The notes: generated from the sequence alone by a model not told the origin. A DNA stretch of 64,000 bases from Nitrospiraceae bacterium (GCA_050246315.1 JBFWWG010000006.1:64001-128000), one strand, 5' to 3'; shown: positions 19,405 to 30,301, numbered from the stretch's first letter. Numbers and translations: made by a program.

Positions 19405-20154
19405 TCAGAACAGACGGTCGCGGCCGAACTGTTGCTCCGGCGTCTTCTCCGTCACCGAAATCAAGAGATCGTCTCGCTCCTCGGCTCCCTCGTCATGATC
19501 GTGCACATCCCTGGCTGCATCCTCCAACGCCTGTTGTTGGATCCGGACCAGCCCGCGCAGACGCGTGATATGCGCCGCTGCACGGGCCAGTTCCTTTTCC
19601 TGAGCCGCCAAGTGCGCGCGGACCACGCCGATCTCGTGACGCAGCGCTTGATTCCTGACCAAGGATCGCTCTTGCCAGAAAGTTGAATCGTAGAGATTGT
19701 CGGTCAACCCGGTCCATGGGAGGGTCGCCGGCGCAACCGGCAATTCAGACGGACGGCTGCGTTTGGACGACCAGGTGGACAGACGCTCTCGGCCCCGCAT
19801 GGCCCCTGTTCGGACGGCTTGGCCGAGCCAGCGGCCTGTTGCCGCTATTCCCTGTCCGGCAGTGCGGAGACCCCAATACAGCCCCGAGCGCGCCGCCCGG
19901 CCGATCCGAACCAGTTTCATCCCGAGCGCCAGGCGTCGGAACGCCGTCGCAGTCAGACGGCCTGCAGCTCGCACGACCCCCACGGTCCCGGAGATCAAGG
20001 CACCGGCCGCCGCCAGCAGCGCGCTCCCGATCTGCCGCCACCACATCCACGCACGAGAAGCACGGGAGGCGCATGGATATTTCGGCACGACGCCTTGGGG
20101 TATCAACTGCAGCCGTTTGACCGGCTCTCGATTCGCCATGATATGTCGACTCAT
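19405..20154 (-). CDS. Hypothetical protein (basic amphipathic N-half, C-terminal coiled coil)
   Basis: SD AAGGAGAGG before ATG; heptad-like C-terminus. Confidence 0.6.
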   Translation of the reverse strand: MSRHIMANREPVKRLQLIPQGVVPKYPCASRASRAWMWWRQIGSALLAAAGALISGTVGVVRAAGRLTATAFRRLALGMKLVRIGRAARSGLYWGLRTAGQGIAATGRWLGQAVRTGAMRGRERLSTWSSKRSRPSELPVAPATLPWTGLTDNLYDSTFWQERSLVRNQALRHEIGVVRAHLAAQEKELARAAAHITRLRGLVRIQQQALEDAARDVHDHDEGAEERDDLLISVTEKTPEQQFGRDRLF

Positions 20155-20525
20155 GAGAACCTCTCCTTCACATCATCCTTTGCCGCCGATAACGTCTCTC
20201 GGTCACGGACATGGCCGGCCAAGCATGGGCCATCCCCGGAAGCACGAATTGCTGCACCAGTTCACAACGATCGACCGGGCGACGGAATCCGATCGATGTC
20301 TCGGCAATCGTTCACGAACCGCCGAGCTGCGCGATTCGCACAAGGAGGATCGTACCCGTGACGATAGGGGTCGAAGGAGACGGGACAGGAACCCGGATGG
20401 GTCATGCTCTCGGACCATCCGCAGGCCATGCCTCTGTTTACTCCGCTTCGTAGCGCGAGTCAACCGCACCGTGGAGCGAACCGACCCGTTACGGCAACAA
20501 GCCCGCAGGAGGCCCGACCGTTCGC

Positions 20526-21026
20526 TCAGAGCACCAGCTTTAACTTGCGGCCTCCGGAGAGACTGAACCCCTGGCGTTCGTAGAACAGCACGGTACGGTC
20601 GAACTGGGGCAGCGGGGGAGTCGTGACTTCGAGTCTGGCCCATCTGCGCGACCGGCCCCATTGCTTGGCTCGCGCCAGGAGCGCCGACCCCACACCGGAA
20701 CTCCGGTGGGCGGGATACACGAACAGCTCCGGAATCGTGCCGAAGGCGCCGCCTGCGTACAACGCGTGGATCTCGGTCAGCGCAATGAACCCGCAGACGC
20801 ACTCCGGCATCCGATCATGCCGTTCCCAAGCCAGGAACACCCAATACTTCTCCTCGGCCAACCACTCGCGCGCACGGGCGGCGGTCTCTTGCTCTTGAAA
20901 GTCGAACTGGCGGGAGCCGACCGCCGCTGAAATCTCACCGAGCAATTCACCCACCATCCGGGCGAGTACGACGGCATCGTCCGGCTGAGCCTGATCGATT
21001 CGTATCGATGGAACCGGCATCGTCAT
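20526..21026 (-). CDS. GNAT family N-acetyltransferase
   Basis: ELFVYPAHRSSGVGSALL, LEVTTPP, FYERQGF. Confidence 0.88.
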   Translation of the reverse strand: MTMPVPSIRIDQAQPDDAVVLARMVGELLGEISAAVGSRQFDFQEQETAARAREWLAEEKYWVFLAWERHDRMPECVCGFIALTEIHALYAGGAFGTIPELFVYPAHRSSGVGSALLARAKQWGRSRRWARLEVTTPPLPQFDRTVLFYERQGFSLSGGRKLKLVL

Positions 21027-21292
21027 CCGCTTCTCCCTAAAACTGCATGATGCCTGAATGCATCTGCTGGGATTGCGCATTCTCTGCTCCCACGCGCCCG
21101 CCTGCAAGGCTGCGGGCAGGCAGACGCGGTGAAGGGTGTCAGCCCCCGGACTCCGCGCCGAGACACCCATTGCCGAGGAACCGTTGCGGGTTGCGAGATG
21201 CAACGGGTCCACCATGCCATGGGTCCAACACTTGGCGGCGATGGGAGTCAATCGCCCCTGCTGAAGTACGGGCGCAATGATAAAATGGCCCC

Positions 21293-21784
21293 ATGGTGTC
21301 TGTCCGAGCCAAGGAAGAACAGGCCGAGTGGATCGCCCACCTCCTGGATGACGCAGTGCACCTCCCTCATACCAGGATCCGATTCGGACTGGACCCGGTT
21401 ATGGGATTGGTGCCCGTCGTAGGAGACCTGGCGGCGACGGTCGCCGGCTCCTTCGTGCTCGTGATCGCCCGACAACTCGGCATCCCCACGGGGCTTCTCT
21501 TCCGCATGGCCTATTCTCAATTACTGAACGGGCTGATCGGGAGTGTGCCGTTGTTCGGCGACCTGTTCTCGTTCACCTATAAGAGCAACGCCAAGAATGC
21601 GGCCTTGCTGGTGCGCCGAGTCAAGCGTGGCGAGGCCGGGGTCTGTCCGCTGGAAGCTCCCGCACTCAGCTTGGTCGATCTCGGGCTGGTGCTCCTCGTC
21701 ACAGGACCGGTTTGGGTCGCCGTCGCTGCATTAACCTACTGGTTCTGGTCCCGCAACCTCACGCTGCTCAGCATCCTCTTCTAA
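21293..21784 (+). CDS. DUF4112 domain membrane protein
   Basis: LLDDAVHLP...RFGLDPVMGLVPVVGD, GSVPLFGDLF, KSNAKN. Confidence 0.85.
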   Translation: MVSVRAKEEQAEWIAHLLDDAVHLPHTRIRFGLDPVMGLVPVVGDLAATVAGSFVLVIARQLGIPTGLLFRMAYSQLLNGLIGSVPLFGDLFSFTYKSNAKNAALLVRRVKRGEAGVCPLEAPALSLVDLGLVLLVTGPVWVAVAALTYWFWSRNLTLLSILF

Positions 21785-21959
21785 GCACGCCACCACTCCG
21801 CGATCAGGGCCTCCGGCTCACAGGGATGCACGGGCGAATCCCCATGGCGCTCGCATGGTCGAACCTCGTATACTGAAGCCGCTGCGACCTCTGCCCTTTT
21901 AATGACGATGCTGATCGATCGTTCGACCGAAACCTGCTCGTTCACCACGTACACCGCTC

Positions 21960-23816
21960 ATGCCCCCAACCGTCCTGCTCAGTTGTGAATCCGTCGGCAA
22001 GCGCTATGGGGTGACCCCCCTGTTCCAGGACCTCTCCCTGGCGCTGTGCGACGGCGACCATGTCGGCCTCGTCGGTCCGAACGGATCGGGCAAATCCACG
22101 CTGCTCAGGATTCTGGCCGGCGTTGAGCAGCCGGACAGCGGGGCGAGATCCGTCCGTCGTCACCTTCGTATCGGGAACGTCCCACAAGAGCCGACCTTCA
22201 ACCCGGAGCTCACGGTCGAGGAAATTCTTGTCCAGGCCTTGACGGCCGCGGGCTTGGACCCACATGAGCAGGCAGGACGCATCGCCCAGGCCCTCAGCAT
22301 CGGACAGTTTCGAAACGGCGAGCAGGCCGCCGGCACCCTCTCCGGCGGATGGCGCAAACGCCTGGCCATCGCCCGCGCCCTCATGCTGGAACCGGATGTC
22401 CTCTTGCTGGATGAACCGACCAATCACCTGGACCTAGAGGGCATCCTGTGGTTGGAATCGCTGCTCAAGGTGGAACCGCGGGCCTTTCTCGCCATCAGCC
22501 ACGACCGACGCTTCTTGGAATCGGTCGCCTCCCGCATGATCGAGTTGAGTCGCTGCTATCCGACCGGGGTCTTCACGACAAACGGACGCTATAGCGACTT
22601 TCTCGAACAGCGCGATGCCGCCCTGCAGGCACAGGCCGACTATCAGGCTTCGTTGGCGAATCGAGTCCGACGCGAGATTGAATGGCTGCGACGCGGGCCG
22701 AAGGCCCGCACGACCAAGGCCAAGGCCCGCGTGGATACCGCCTATGACATGATCGACGAATTGTCCGCCATGGACGCACGCGCGCACGCAAGCACCGCGG
22801 GCATCGACTTTGTCGGATCGGGACGTCAATCCAAGCAACTGGTCGTCGTGAGGGGACTCAGCAAATCGCTCGGCGGCCGTCGAATCGTAAGCGGCCTCGA
22901 CCTCCATCTTGGACCGGGCCAACGGCTCGGGCTTCTCGGACCAAACGGCAGCGGCAAGACGACGCTCCTCTCCCTCCTGGCCGGCAGGATGGAGCCTGAT
23001 ACGGGGACCGTCTCCCATGCAGAGGGCCTGCGGGTCGTGACGTTCGAGCAGCACCGTGACTCGCTCGATCAATCGGCGACGCTCCGTCGATCCCTTGCTC
23101 CGGCCGGCGATGCGGTCATCTATCGCGAGCGTGCGATCCATCTCATTTCTTGGGCCAAGCGCTTTCTCTTTCGCCCTGAGCAACTGGACCTGCCGGTCTC
23201 CCGGCTGTCCGGCGGCGAACAAGCCCGGCTGCTGATCGCCCGCCTGATGTTGCAGCCGGCCGATCTGTTGATTCTCGATGAGCCGACCAACGATCTCGAT
23301 ATCCCCACCCTCGATGTGCTGGAGGAGAGTCTGATGGAGTTTCCCGGCGCGGTCGTGCTAGTCACGCACGATCGCTGGCTCCTTGACCGGGTCTCCACAT
23401 CCCTGCTGGCGCTGGACGGCGAAGGGCGTGCGGACCGGTATGCGGATTATGCCCAGTGGGAATCGGCTCAAGCCGCCCGAACGCCATCCGCGCGCCGATC
23501 GAATGTGGCTGAGGGCGGTGCGGCTGCCAAGGCCGCACCGGCATCGTCGGCGGCCTCGGCGGTGCCAAAGCGCAAGGGGCTGTCCTATCGCGAGCAACAG
23601 GAATGGGCGGTCATCGAGGACAGGATTCTCGAAGCGGAGCAGCGCCTCGCCGCCTGCCAGGCTGCGCTTCAGGACCCCGATGTCGTGTCGGACGCAACAG
23701 CGCTCCACGAGCGATGCCTCGCATTGGAAGGGGCACAAGCGGATGTTGACAGTCTATACGCACGTTGGGCTGAATTGGATGGAAAGCGAAGCGGGGACCT
23801 GTCAGGCCGATTGTGA
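21960..23816 (+). CDS. ABC-F family ATPase (Uup-like)
   Basis: Two ABC domains (GPNGSGKS, LSGG, DEPTN), WLRRGPKARTTK linker, C-terminal LSYREQ...LYARWAEL. Confidence 0.92.
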   Translation: MPPTVLLSCESVGKRYGVTPLFQDLSLALCDGDHVGLVGPNGSGKSTLLRILAGVEQPDSGARSVRRHLRIGNVPQEPTFNPELTVEEILVQALTAAGLDPHEQAGRIAQALSIGQFRNGEQAAGTLSGGWRKRLAIARALMLEPDVLLLDEPTNHLDLEGILWLESLLKVEPRAFLAISHDRRFLESVASRMIELSRCYPTGVFTTNGRYSDFLEQRDAALQAQADYQASLANRVRREIEWLRRGPKARTTKAKARVDTAYDMIDELSAMDARAHASTAGIDFVGSGRQSKQLVVVRGLSKSLGGRRIVSGLDLHLGPGQRLGLLGPNGSGKTTLLSLLAGRMEPDTGTVSHAEGLRVVTFEQHRDSLDQSATLRRSLAPAGDAVIYRERAIHLISWAKRFLFRPEQLDLPVSRLSGGEQARLLIARLMLQPADLLILDEPTNDLDIPTLDVLEESLMEFPGAVVLVTHDRWLLDRVSTSLLALDGEGRADRYADYAQWESAQAARTPSARRSNVAEGGAAAKAAPASSAASAVPKRKGLSYREQQEWAVIEDRILEAEQRLAACQAALQDPDVVSDATALHERCLALEGAQADVDSLYARWAELDGKRSGDLSGRL

Positions 23817-23819
23817 CTC

Positions 23820-24698
23820 CTACCGGCAAATCATGTCGATCACCTGAAACAGGTCGATGACGATCATGCCTCCGAAGGTGGGTCCTTCATCCTTCTGCGA
23901 GATGACATCATCCCACACTTCAATCGCGACGCCCGGACCACGCAGCGCAATCGTCCCGAACATCTTTTCGATCGAGTTGCCCCGGGCATCCACAAACAAC
24001 CCCGAGTCGATGGAGGCGCCCACCTCCAGTTCCCAACGCGGACGCGAGCCGGAGCGATAGTCGGCAACACTCAACGAAACCTGGCCCAGATACGACTGGG
24101 CCGCCACGGCTTGAAACGTCGATCCGTTCGCGATCTGCCCATAGCGCCCCAGGGCTGAGAAGCGCATGAATGAGACGCCGGGAACGGGCATTCGTCGCAG
24201 CCCAATCCGGGCATAGACTTCGTGATAGAGTGTCCCGGAATCGATGCCCAGTCCTGCGAACCCGGTTTCCTCGTTCCCCAGCACCTGACCCCAATAGGTC
24301 ACCGAGCCACTCACCATCGCGTCGGGGCCTTCGCGTGTCTCCCCGACCGGCACTGCGCTCTGGTTAAGAATCGCCCGATGGACGAACGTATTTTGCAGAA
24401 ACTGGCTCGGCTCATCCGACGTCGGCCCCGCCCCGACCGTCAGATTCGTTCCCCACTTCCCGAGACGCTCGCTCCAGGACAGGGTCGCAAAATTCAGGCC
24501 GATGGTTTCCTTGACCGTCGGCGTAAAGGCACGACCATCGACATTGAATTCCGTAAATCGGTTCATCGTGAAACCCATCGAGAGGGTGCGCTGCTGATCC
24601 GGATAGGCGAGCGACCCCCAATGCACGCTGGGTGCCGGAGCCTCTGCCAAGCTCAGGGAGATCTCTCCGGTTGGGAACGAAAGCCACACGAGGAGCAT
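23820..24698 (-). CDS. Putative outer-membrane beta-barrel protein (possibly LpxR/DUF2219-like)
   Basis: Alternating beta-strand pattern, VGAGPTSDEPSQFLQNTFVH segment; start uncertain. Confidence 0.55.
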   Translation of the reverse strand: MLLVWLSFPTGEISLSLAEAPAPSVHWGSLAYPDQQRTLSMGFTMNRFTEFNVDGRAFTPTVKETIGLNFATLSWSERLGKWGTNLTVGAGPTSDEPSQFLQNTFVHRAILNQSAVPVGETREGPDAMVSGSVTYWGQVLGNEETGFAGLGIDSGTLYHEVYARIGLRRMPVPGVSFMRFSALGRYGQIANGSTFQAVAAQSYLGQVSLSVADYRSGSRPRWELEVGASIDSGLFVDARGNSIEKMFGTIALRGPGVAIEVWDDVISQKDEGPTFGGMIVIDLFQVIDMICR

Positions 24699-24973
24699 AC
24701 GAAGGAAGCGTGCGGATCCCGACGGCGGCCGCCGCAGGGGCCTGTGTCTTGATTGCAGACTTCCATGGATCACCGCCATTGGTCTGCCCTGTCGCCCTTG
24801 TCGCAGCTCCACGATCGCACCCGCCTGGATCACGCAGCAAGCCGGTGACCTTCGAGTATCCAGTTCGTGTGAGTTTCATTCTTACCGCGATGGGGGGAGG
24901 TCGATGCAAGAGGGGGCGATCGGAAGGAACCACGCCCCTTGGTCTGCTGGTGAAGGATGGCCTATAGCCACTT

Positions 24974-25504
24974 CTATGGGCCGAAGCGCAGGCCGAAGAG
25001 CGCCGCGACGCTGGTATCGTCGCGTTCGAGGGGCGAGAGACGGATCGCGTGAAGATTCACCATCACGGTGGTGGAGAGGGCAACGCCGGATGTCACCGGG
25101 TACTCGGCGGTGATCCCGAGCGGAATCCAGTGGCTTGTGTCGCTGGCATCGACCCGCGGCGGCCCACCGGTATCCAGGCTCATGTGGATAAAGCCCAATC
25201 CGGCAAACGGAACCAGATTCACCCGGTTCAGTCGGAAGTGATATTTCGCGGCAGCCGCGAACCCGTAAGTATTGAGATCGCTGGCCGGTGTGAAGAGCGT
25301 CAGGAGGCCGAAGGACAACGAACGGTCTACGTAATAGTCCAACCCGAAGCTCAAGGCGAACTTGGTGCCGTCCGGTGAGCCGCTGAGCAGGCCGAGATCG
25401 GTCGTGAAGCCAAATCGCGGCTCCTGAGCTTGAGCGGCTGCAACTCCCGACAGCAGCACCCAGATGCAGAGCCAGCCGGCGAGCCTTCGCCATCGAGGCA
25501 TCAT
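24974..25504 (-). CDS. Small outer-membrane beta-barrel protein
   Basis: Signal peptide ending AQA, LVPFAGLG strand, C-terminal FGLRF. Confidence 0.75.
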   Translation of the reverse strand: MMPRWRRLAGWLCIWVLLSGVAAAQAQEPRFGFTTDLGLLSGSPDGTKFALSFGLDYYVDRSLSFGLLTLFTPASDLNTYGFAAAAKYHFRLNRVNLVPFAGLGFIHMSLDTGGPPRVDASDTSHWIPLGITAEYPVTSGVALSTTVMVNLHAIRLSPLERDDTSVAALFGLRFGP

Positions 25505-25665
25505 GCGAGATCCTGTTTGAGGGTCACCCACCAGGCCTCTTCCGACCCAGTACACGGATGACTCCAGAGTTGAGTGGAGCGGCGAATCTAACATAGGAGT
25601 CTGTGGTCGGCAACGCGCCAGCCGGGCGTTGTCGTCGGTAGATCGGTTGCGTTATGCTGTCGGGT

Positions 25666-26217
25666 ATGTTTCAACAGGGGAACAGCCAGCCGAAACAACC
25701 GCTCACGCCGCTTGAAACTGCGGAAGCGTTCTTCGCACTCCTGCCGAAGAGTCTCACCCAAAAGACGTTGGACCAGTACGGACTTGCCTTAACCACGGAG
25801 CAGGCGCAGCAAGTCTCCAGAGAGCTGTTGACCTTGACCCTGTACTGGGTCCAAGCAGCGCTTACCGCCCATTATAAAGACATCGGGGACGTGCTCGTGA
25901 CGCCCGAGCTGCACCGGCTGCTCCGCGAGCGCTGGACGACGGTGTTTCGGATGCCGGCGGCCGGATGGCGGACGTTTCTGACCGAGGCGGAGGCGCGCCG
26001 GCGAGACTATCTTGAGGTGGCCGAACAAGGCGGTGGCCAAATCGACATCGGCAACCGGGCCGTCGCGCGGATGGAGTCGGATTGGGTGATCCGCTCCGAG
26101 CAGAAGGCCGCACTGCTCTCTCTCATTGTGGATCTGGTACCGATGGAAGCCGTCGGCAAGTTCGTCGAAGCGCTGGAACTGATCCCGCCGCCCGAGGCGC
26201 GAGGAGCATCAGGCTAA
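25666..26217 (+). CDS. Hypothetical protein
   Basis: Helical protein-like ORF filling the intergenic space; start 25654 or 25666. Confidence 0.65.
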   Translation: MFQQGNSQPKQPLTPLETAEAFFALLPKSLTQKTLDQYGLALTTEQAQQVSRELLTLTLYWVQAALTAHYKDIGDVLVTPELHRLLRERWTTVFRMPAAGWRTFLTEAEARRRDYLEVAEQGGGQIDIGNRAVARMESDWVIRSEQKAALLSLIVDLVPMEAVGKFVEALELIPPPEARGASG

Positions 26218-26244
26218 AAATATGGTGGGATAGGCTGAGAGGGT

Positions 26245-26358
26245 CGAGAATTAGGGTCACACGAGAATTAGGGTCAGGTCTTGTAATCATGCAACGCGCC
26301 AGAGTAGCGTCCCGGCATGGCTCGGTCGCTCCGTCTTGAATTTCCTCACGCCCTGTAG
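26245..26358 (+). mobile_element. Remnant of RAYT-like (Y1 HUH) transposase 5' end with flanking direct repeats
   Basis: CGAGAATTAGGGTCA x2, GGGTCAGGTCTTG, then ORF MARSLRLEFPHAL* (26317-26358) resembling the MARPLRIEFPGALYH N-terminus. Confidence 0.6.
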
Positions 26359-26420
26359 AGAATGAGCCGGGCTATTTTTCTTTTGTCTTCTCACCCCGAA
26401 GCCCGCAGCACGCCCGACGG

Positions 26421-27026
26421 CTACAGATAGCGGTGCGAGAGCACGCCGCCCGCTGAATCAAACTCATAGAGCAGCGGGGCGCCGGTGGGAATGTTCAATT
26501 CCAGGACCTGCTCCGGCGTGAGCCGGTCGAGGTGCATGACCAGGGCGCGCAGACTGTTGCCGTGCGCAGCGATGATGACGGACCGTCCCGCGGTGATGTG
26601 CGGCCTGATGTTGGTTTCATAATAGGGCAATACCCGCTCGGCCGTATCCTTCAAACTTTCCCCGCCCGGCGGTTTGATATCGAAACTCCGGCGCCAGATC
26701 TTCACCTGCTGGTCGCCGAACTTCTGTGCCGTCTCCGCCTTGTTGAGGCCTTGCAGATCGCCGTAATGCCGCTCGTTCAAGGCCTGGTCTTGATGGGTCG
26801 GAATCCCGGTCTGGTTCAGCTCGCGCAACACGATCGCAAGCGTATCCTGGGCACGCTTAAGCGCCGAGACGAAGGCGACGTCGAAGCGGTATCCTTTGAG
26901 CTTCGCCCCGGCTTTCTTCGCCTCTTCCTCGCCGCGTGGGGAGAGGGGCACATCCACCCATCCGGTAAACCGATTCTCCAAATTCCACTGCGACTCGCCG
27001 TGCCGGATCAATACCGCTATGCCCAT
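26421..27026 (-). CDS. gpmA: 2,3-bisphosphoglycerate-dependent phosphoglycerate mutase
   Basis: [52 protein letters not shown]. Confidence 0.95.
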   Translation of the reverse strand: MGIAVLIRHGESQWNLENRFTGWVDVPLSPRGEEEAKKAGAKLKGYRFDVAFVSALKRAQDTLAIVLRELNQTGIPTHQDQALNERHYGDLQGLNKAETAQKFGDQQVKIWRRSFDIKPPGGESLKDTAERVLPYYETNIRPHITAGRSVIIAAHGNSLRALVMHLDRLTPEQVLELNIPTGAPLLYEFDSAGGVLSHRYL

Positions 27027-27283
27027 GATCGATTGCCTCCGCTGCGTAAAAATGTGTCCCTGCTCAAGAGGCTGACACCTCAGCGCAGACACGGTGAACA
27101 ATGCCAGCTCCCAGGCTCCCGCCTATTCGGTAGCGCCGGGAGCGGGAGGCATCGTGCCCGAGCCGAGCCTACCTTGCAATCCCCCCTTTCGGCCAGTACG
27201 ATGCGGACCGTTCCGTCGGGCAGCAGGCTCTTCGTGAACGCTGTTGCCGGCCGTCGCACATCGACCAGTTCCGTGCCCTCGCC

Positions 27284-28168
27284 ATGAAACAGGAACAGCC
27301 CGCATCCGGCTTGCCCGAAGAGTCCCCGTTGCAATGGGCGACGCACTCCCCGTTACTGGCCTCGTGGTGGAATAGCCTGGCCGAACGCCTGGGCGTCGGC
27401 GAGCGGTGCGACGCGTTCTTTCAACGGGCGATCGCGCAAAACAGCCTGAACCGGGTGGAGCAGCTCGGCGGACAGGTCGATTACTTGTTGTTTGTGCTGG
27501 TGCGCTATTGGCTGCCGGTGGTGCTTCCCCCTTCCGGACGCGAACGGCTCTCGAAGGGCGATCTCGACTATTGGCTGGAGTCCGAGCAGATTCTGAAGAC
27601 GGCTGTCGTACGATTGCGCGAACTCAAGCCGCTGATCGAGCTCTTGACGGCGCAGAACCCGCTCGACACCCCGCCTTCGGACAGGGTCGAATCAAGGCAG
27701 CCCGCCGTCGAAGTGGACTTGGCGCGCATGTTGGAGGGCATCGCCGAAGCGGCCGGCAGCTATGGCGGCCCGGACTACACCTCCGTCATCAAGCAATTCG
27801 ACCCAGTCCCGCTTCGCCAAAGCCAACCCTTCAAGCACAATAAGAAGCACAGCGCGGAGCTCTGGGTGGTGTTTTTGCTGCGCGAGCACCTACGCTCGCT
27901 GGGACTCGGCAAAGATCGGTATTGGCCGGTCGTCGCGGAGGTCTGCGCATCGGCCGGGATCACACAGCCCACCGGCCAACCCTACGGCGCCGACGACCTC
28001 AAGTCTTGGTGGCAAAAGAACTGGCCGCGGACCTACACCCAGTTGGAGAAAGGTCAAGGGACGGCTGATCTGACGGGCGCCGCCTATCAACACGACTCTG
28101 CCTGGTTTCAGGCCTGGATCGCGTGGCAGCGAGCGCGCTATCCGCTCGCCTCTGGGCGCCACGTGTGA
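27284..28168 (+). CDS. Hypothetical protein
   Basis: 294-aa ORF with normal composition; no recognised motif. Confidence 0.7.
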   Translation: MKQEQPASGLPEESPLQWATHSPLLASWWNSLAERLGVGERCDAFFQRAIAQNSLNRVEQLGGQVDYLLFVLVRYWLPVVLPPSGRERLSKGDLDYWLESEQILKTAVVRLRELKPLIELLTAQNPLDTPPSDRVESRQPAVEVDLARMLEGIAEAAGSYGGPDYTSVIKQFDPVPLRQSQPFKHNKKHSAELWVVFLLREHLRSLGLGKDRYWPVVAEVCASAGITQPTGQPYGADDLKSWWQKNWPRTYTQLEKGQGTADLTGAAYQHDSAWFQAWIAWQRARYPLASGRHV

Positions 28169-28845
28169 TCGGAGTCCTGGCCGCTCAAGGTCGGAAAGGT
28201 AGAAACCTGACGTGCAGGTGTTCCGGAGGGTCTGGGAGTCAGGGGCCCGCCTTCACCGGCCCGCCCTTGCTGCAACATGAACAACACCAAGATGAACTTC
28301 AACACAAGCAGACCGACGCCCACCCACACGACATAGGCCTGAACGCCGCCCGCATCGCGGATCAATCGGTCGCGCAGCGCGTTGTCGAACCCCGACTGTC
28401 GCCTGATATCGGCCAACTGTTCTTTGATGTGCCAGAAGTAGAGATAATTCGCGCTGGCGCCCGCCATGATCCGCCAAACCAGGTCGGCGGACCAATCCTG
28501 CGTAAAATAGAATGCGAGCACCGGCCCGATCGCATAGACCAAGGCGTACAGATACATCTTTCTGTAAAGGAACCAGAGAAACGGCTCGAAGACAAACGCC
28601 GGCCAGTTCCAGGTCAGGGCGAATTTCGGACCTGCGGGAGCGGTAAACTTGGTGAACTTCTGCAGATAGTGGTCGGCCTTGAGCCCGATGAACTGCCTCC
28701 AGACCTGCTCTTGCTCTGCCAGGGCAGAATCGGAAGCCGCAGCCGTCGGAGCGGCCGGTGCCGGACCGTCGAGCCCCGTACCACACTGGCTGCAAAACTT
28801 GGCCTCGACGGCGTTCTGGTTTCCGCATTGAGGACAGGGGCCCAT
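28138..28845 (-). CDS. Zinc-ribbon + DUF2628 membrane protein
   Basis: CPQC...FCSQCG; TWNWPAF..WFLYRKMY; ANYLYF. Confidence 0.82.
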   Translation of the reverse strand: MGPCPQCGNQNAVEAKFCSQCGTGLDGPAPAAPTAAASDSALAEQEQVWRQFIGLKADHYLQKFTKFTAPAGPKFALTWNWPAFVFEPFLWFLYRKMYLYALVYAIGPVLAFYFTQDWSADLVWRIMAGASANYLYFWHIKEQLADIRRQSGFDNALRDRLIRDAGGVQAYVVWVGVGLLVLKFILVLFMLQQGRAGEGGPLTPRPSGTPARQVSTFPTLSGQDSDHTWRPEASG

Positions 28846-28949
28846 CTCGTGAGCTTATAACATAGCCCCGGTGGGCTCTCAAGAAACGCGGCCTCGGTGA
28901 ATGGCCGCAGCGACCTCGCCGCGTGCCGTTTGTCGTCGCGCCGGCATCA

Positions 28950-28978
28950 TTGCTTTCACCAGATTCCTATGCTACCGT
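28950..28978 (+). promoter_or_regulatory. Candidate sigma70 promoter of arg-lys operon
   Basis: TTGCTT-N17-TACCGT with TG extension. Confidence 0.45.
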
Positions 28979-29063
28979 TCGCCTCTTCTCATGGCCGCTC
29001 GGTCTGGTGGGTGATCAGACGAGCGCACGGCACCGGGTCACAGATAAAGGATCGCCACAGCCC

Positions 29064-30272
29064 ATGTTGACGGAAGAAGTCCGGCGCGAAGCCGATCAGT
29101 ATCTGATGAACACGTACGCGCGGCTGCCGTTGTCCATCGCGCGCGGGCGCGGCGCGAAAGTCTACGATCTGGAAGGGCGCGAGTATATCGACTTCGTTGG
29201 AGGCATCGCCGTCAATCTGCTCGGACATGGTCATTCCGACCTCGTACTGGCCGTTCAACGGCAGGCCGTCCAGCTCATCCACGCCTCCAACCTGTATTAC
29301 ACCGTGCCTCAGGTGAAACTTGCCAGAGCCCTCGTCGAGCACTCCTTCGCCGATAAGGTCTTTTTCTGCAACAGCGGCGCGGAAGCGAACGAAGCGGCGA
29401 TCAAGCTGGCTCGCCGGTACGCCCACGATAAACACGGCGCGGGTCGATTCCAGATCATTACGATGAAGAACTCGTTTCACGGCCGCACGCTTGCGACCCT
29501 GACGGCGACCGGACAGGAAAAAGTTCAGAAGGGCTTCGAGCCGCTGGTGCCGGGATTCACCTACGTCCCCTTTAACGATCTGGGGGCGCTGCAGCAGGCG
29601 CTCTCCGACCAGACCGCGGCGATCATGCTGGAACCGATTCAGGCGGAAGGCGGTGTGCATGTCGCTCACCAGGCCTATCTTGCCCGTCTCCGGGAACTCT
29701 GCCGGGAGCGGGATATCCTGTTGATCTTCGACGAAGTGCAGACCGGGATGGGTCGGACCGGCACCCTCTTCGCCTACGAACAGTTGGGAGTCCAGCCGGA
29801 TATCATGACCTTGGCGAAGGGTCTGGGGGGCGGCGTCCCTATCGGCGCCTGCTTGGCTACCAATACGGTTGCGAAAGCGTTCACACCCGGCTCCCATGCC
29901 TCGACCTTTGGAGGCAACCCCTTGGCCTGTACGGCGGGGCTGATCGTCATGCAAGTGCTCTTGGAAGGCCGGCTGCTGGAGCAGGCCAAGCGCATGGGAG
30001 AGTATCTGGCCAAAGGCCTTGAGGACTGTAAGGACCGCCAACCGAGCGTGAAGGAGGTGCGAGGACTGGGCCTCCTTCAGGGAATGGAACTCACCGTGGA
30101 TGGGAAGGGAGTGGTGGAGAAGGCCTTGTCGAGAGGGTTGCTCCTCAATTGCACGATGGACCGGGTGCTCCGATTCGTTCCACCGCTGGTCATCACGCAG
30201 GCCGAGATCGATCGCCTGATCGAGGTCCTGCCTCAGCTCATTCCGACTTCGTCACAGACCGGTCACCACTAA
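29064..30272 (+). CDS. argD: Acetylornithine aminotransferase
   Basis: GIAVNLLGH, NSGAEANEAAIK, SFHGRT, EPIQAEGG, DEVQTG, LAKGLGGG, TFGGNP. Confidence 0.94.
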   Translation: MLTEEVRREADQYLMNTYARLPLSIARGRGAKVYDLEGREYIDFVGGIAVNLLGHGHSDLVLAVQRQAVQLIHASNLYYTVPQVKLARALVEHSFADKVFFCNSGAEANEAAIKLARRYAHDKHGAGRFQIITMKNSFHGRTLATLTATGQEKVQKGFEPLVPGFTYVPFNDLGALQQALSDQTAAIMLEPIQAEGGVHVAHQAYLARLRELCRERDILLIFDEVQTGMGRTGTLFAYEQLGVQPDIMTLAKGLGGGVPIGACLATNTVAKAFTPGSHASTFGGNPLACTAGLIVMQVLLEGRLLEQAKRMGEYLAKGLEDCKDRQPSVKEVRGLGLLQGMELTVDGKGVVEKALSRGLLLNCTMDRVLRFVPPLVITQAEIDRLIEVLPQLIPTSSQTGHH

Positions 30273-30301
30273 CCAAACCCGATACCCGGACGACAGTCTC
30301 C

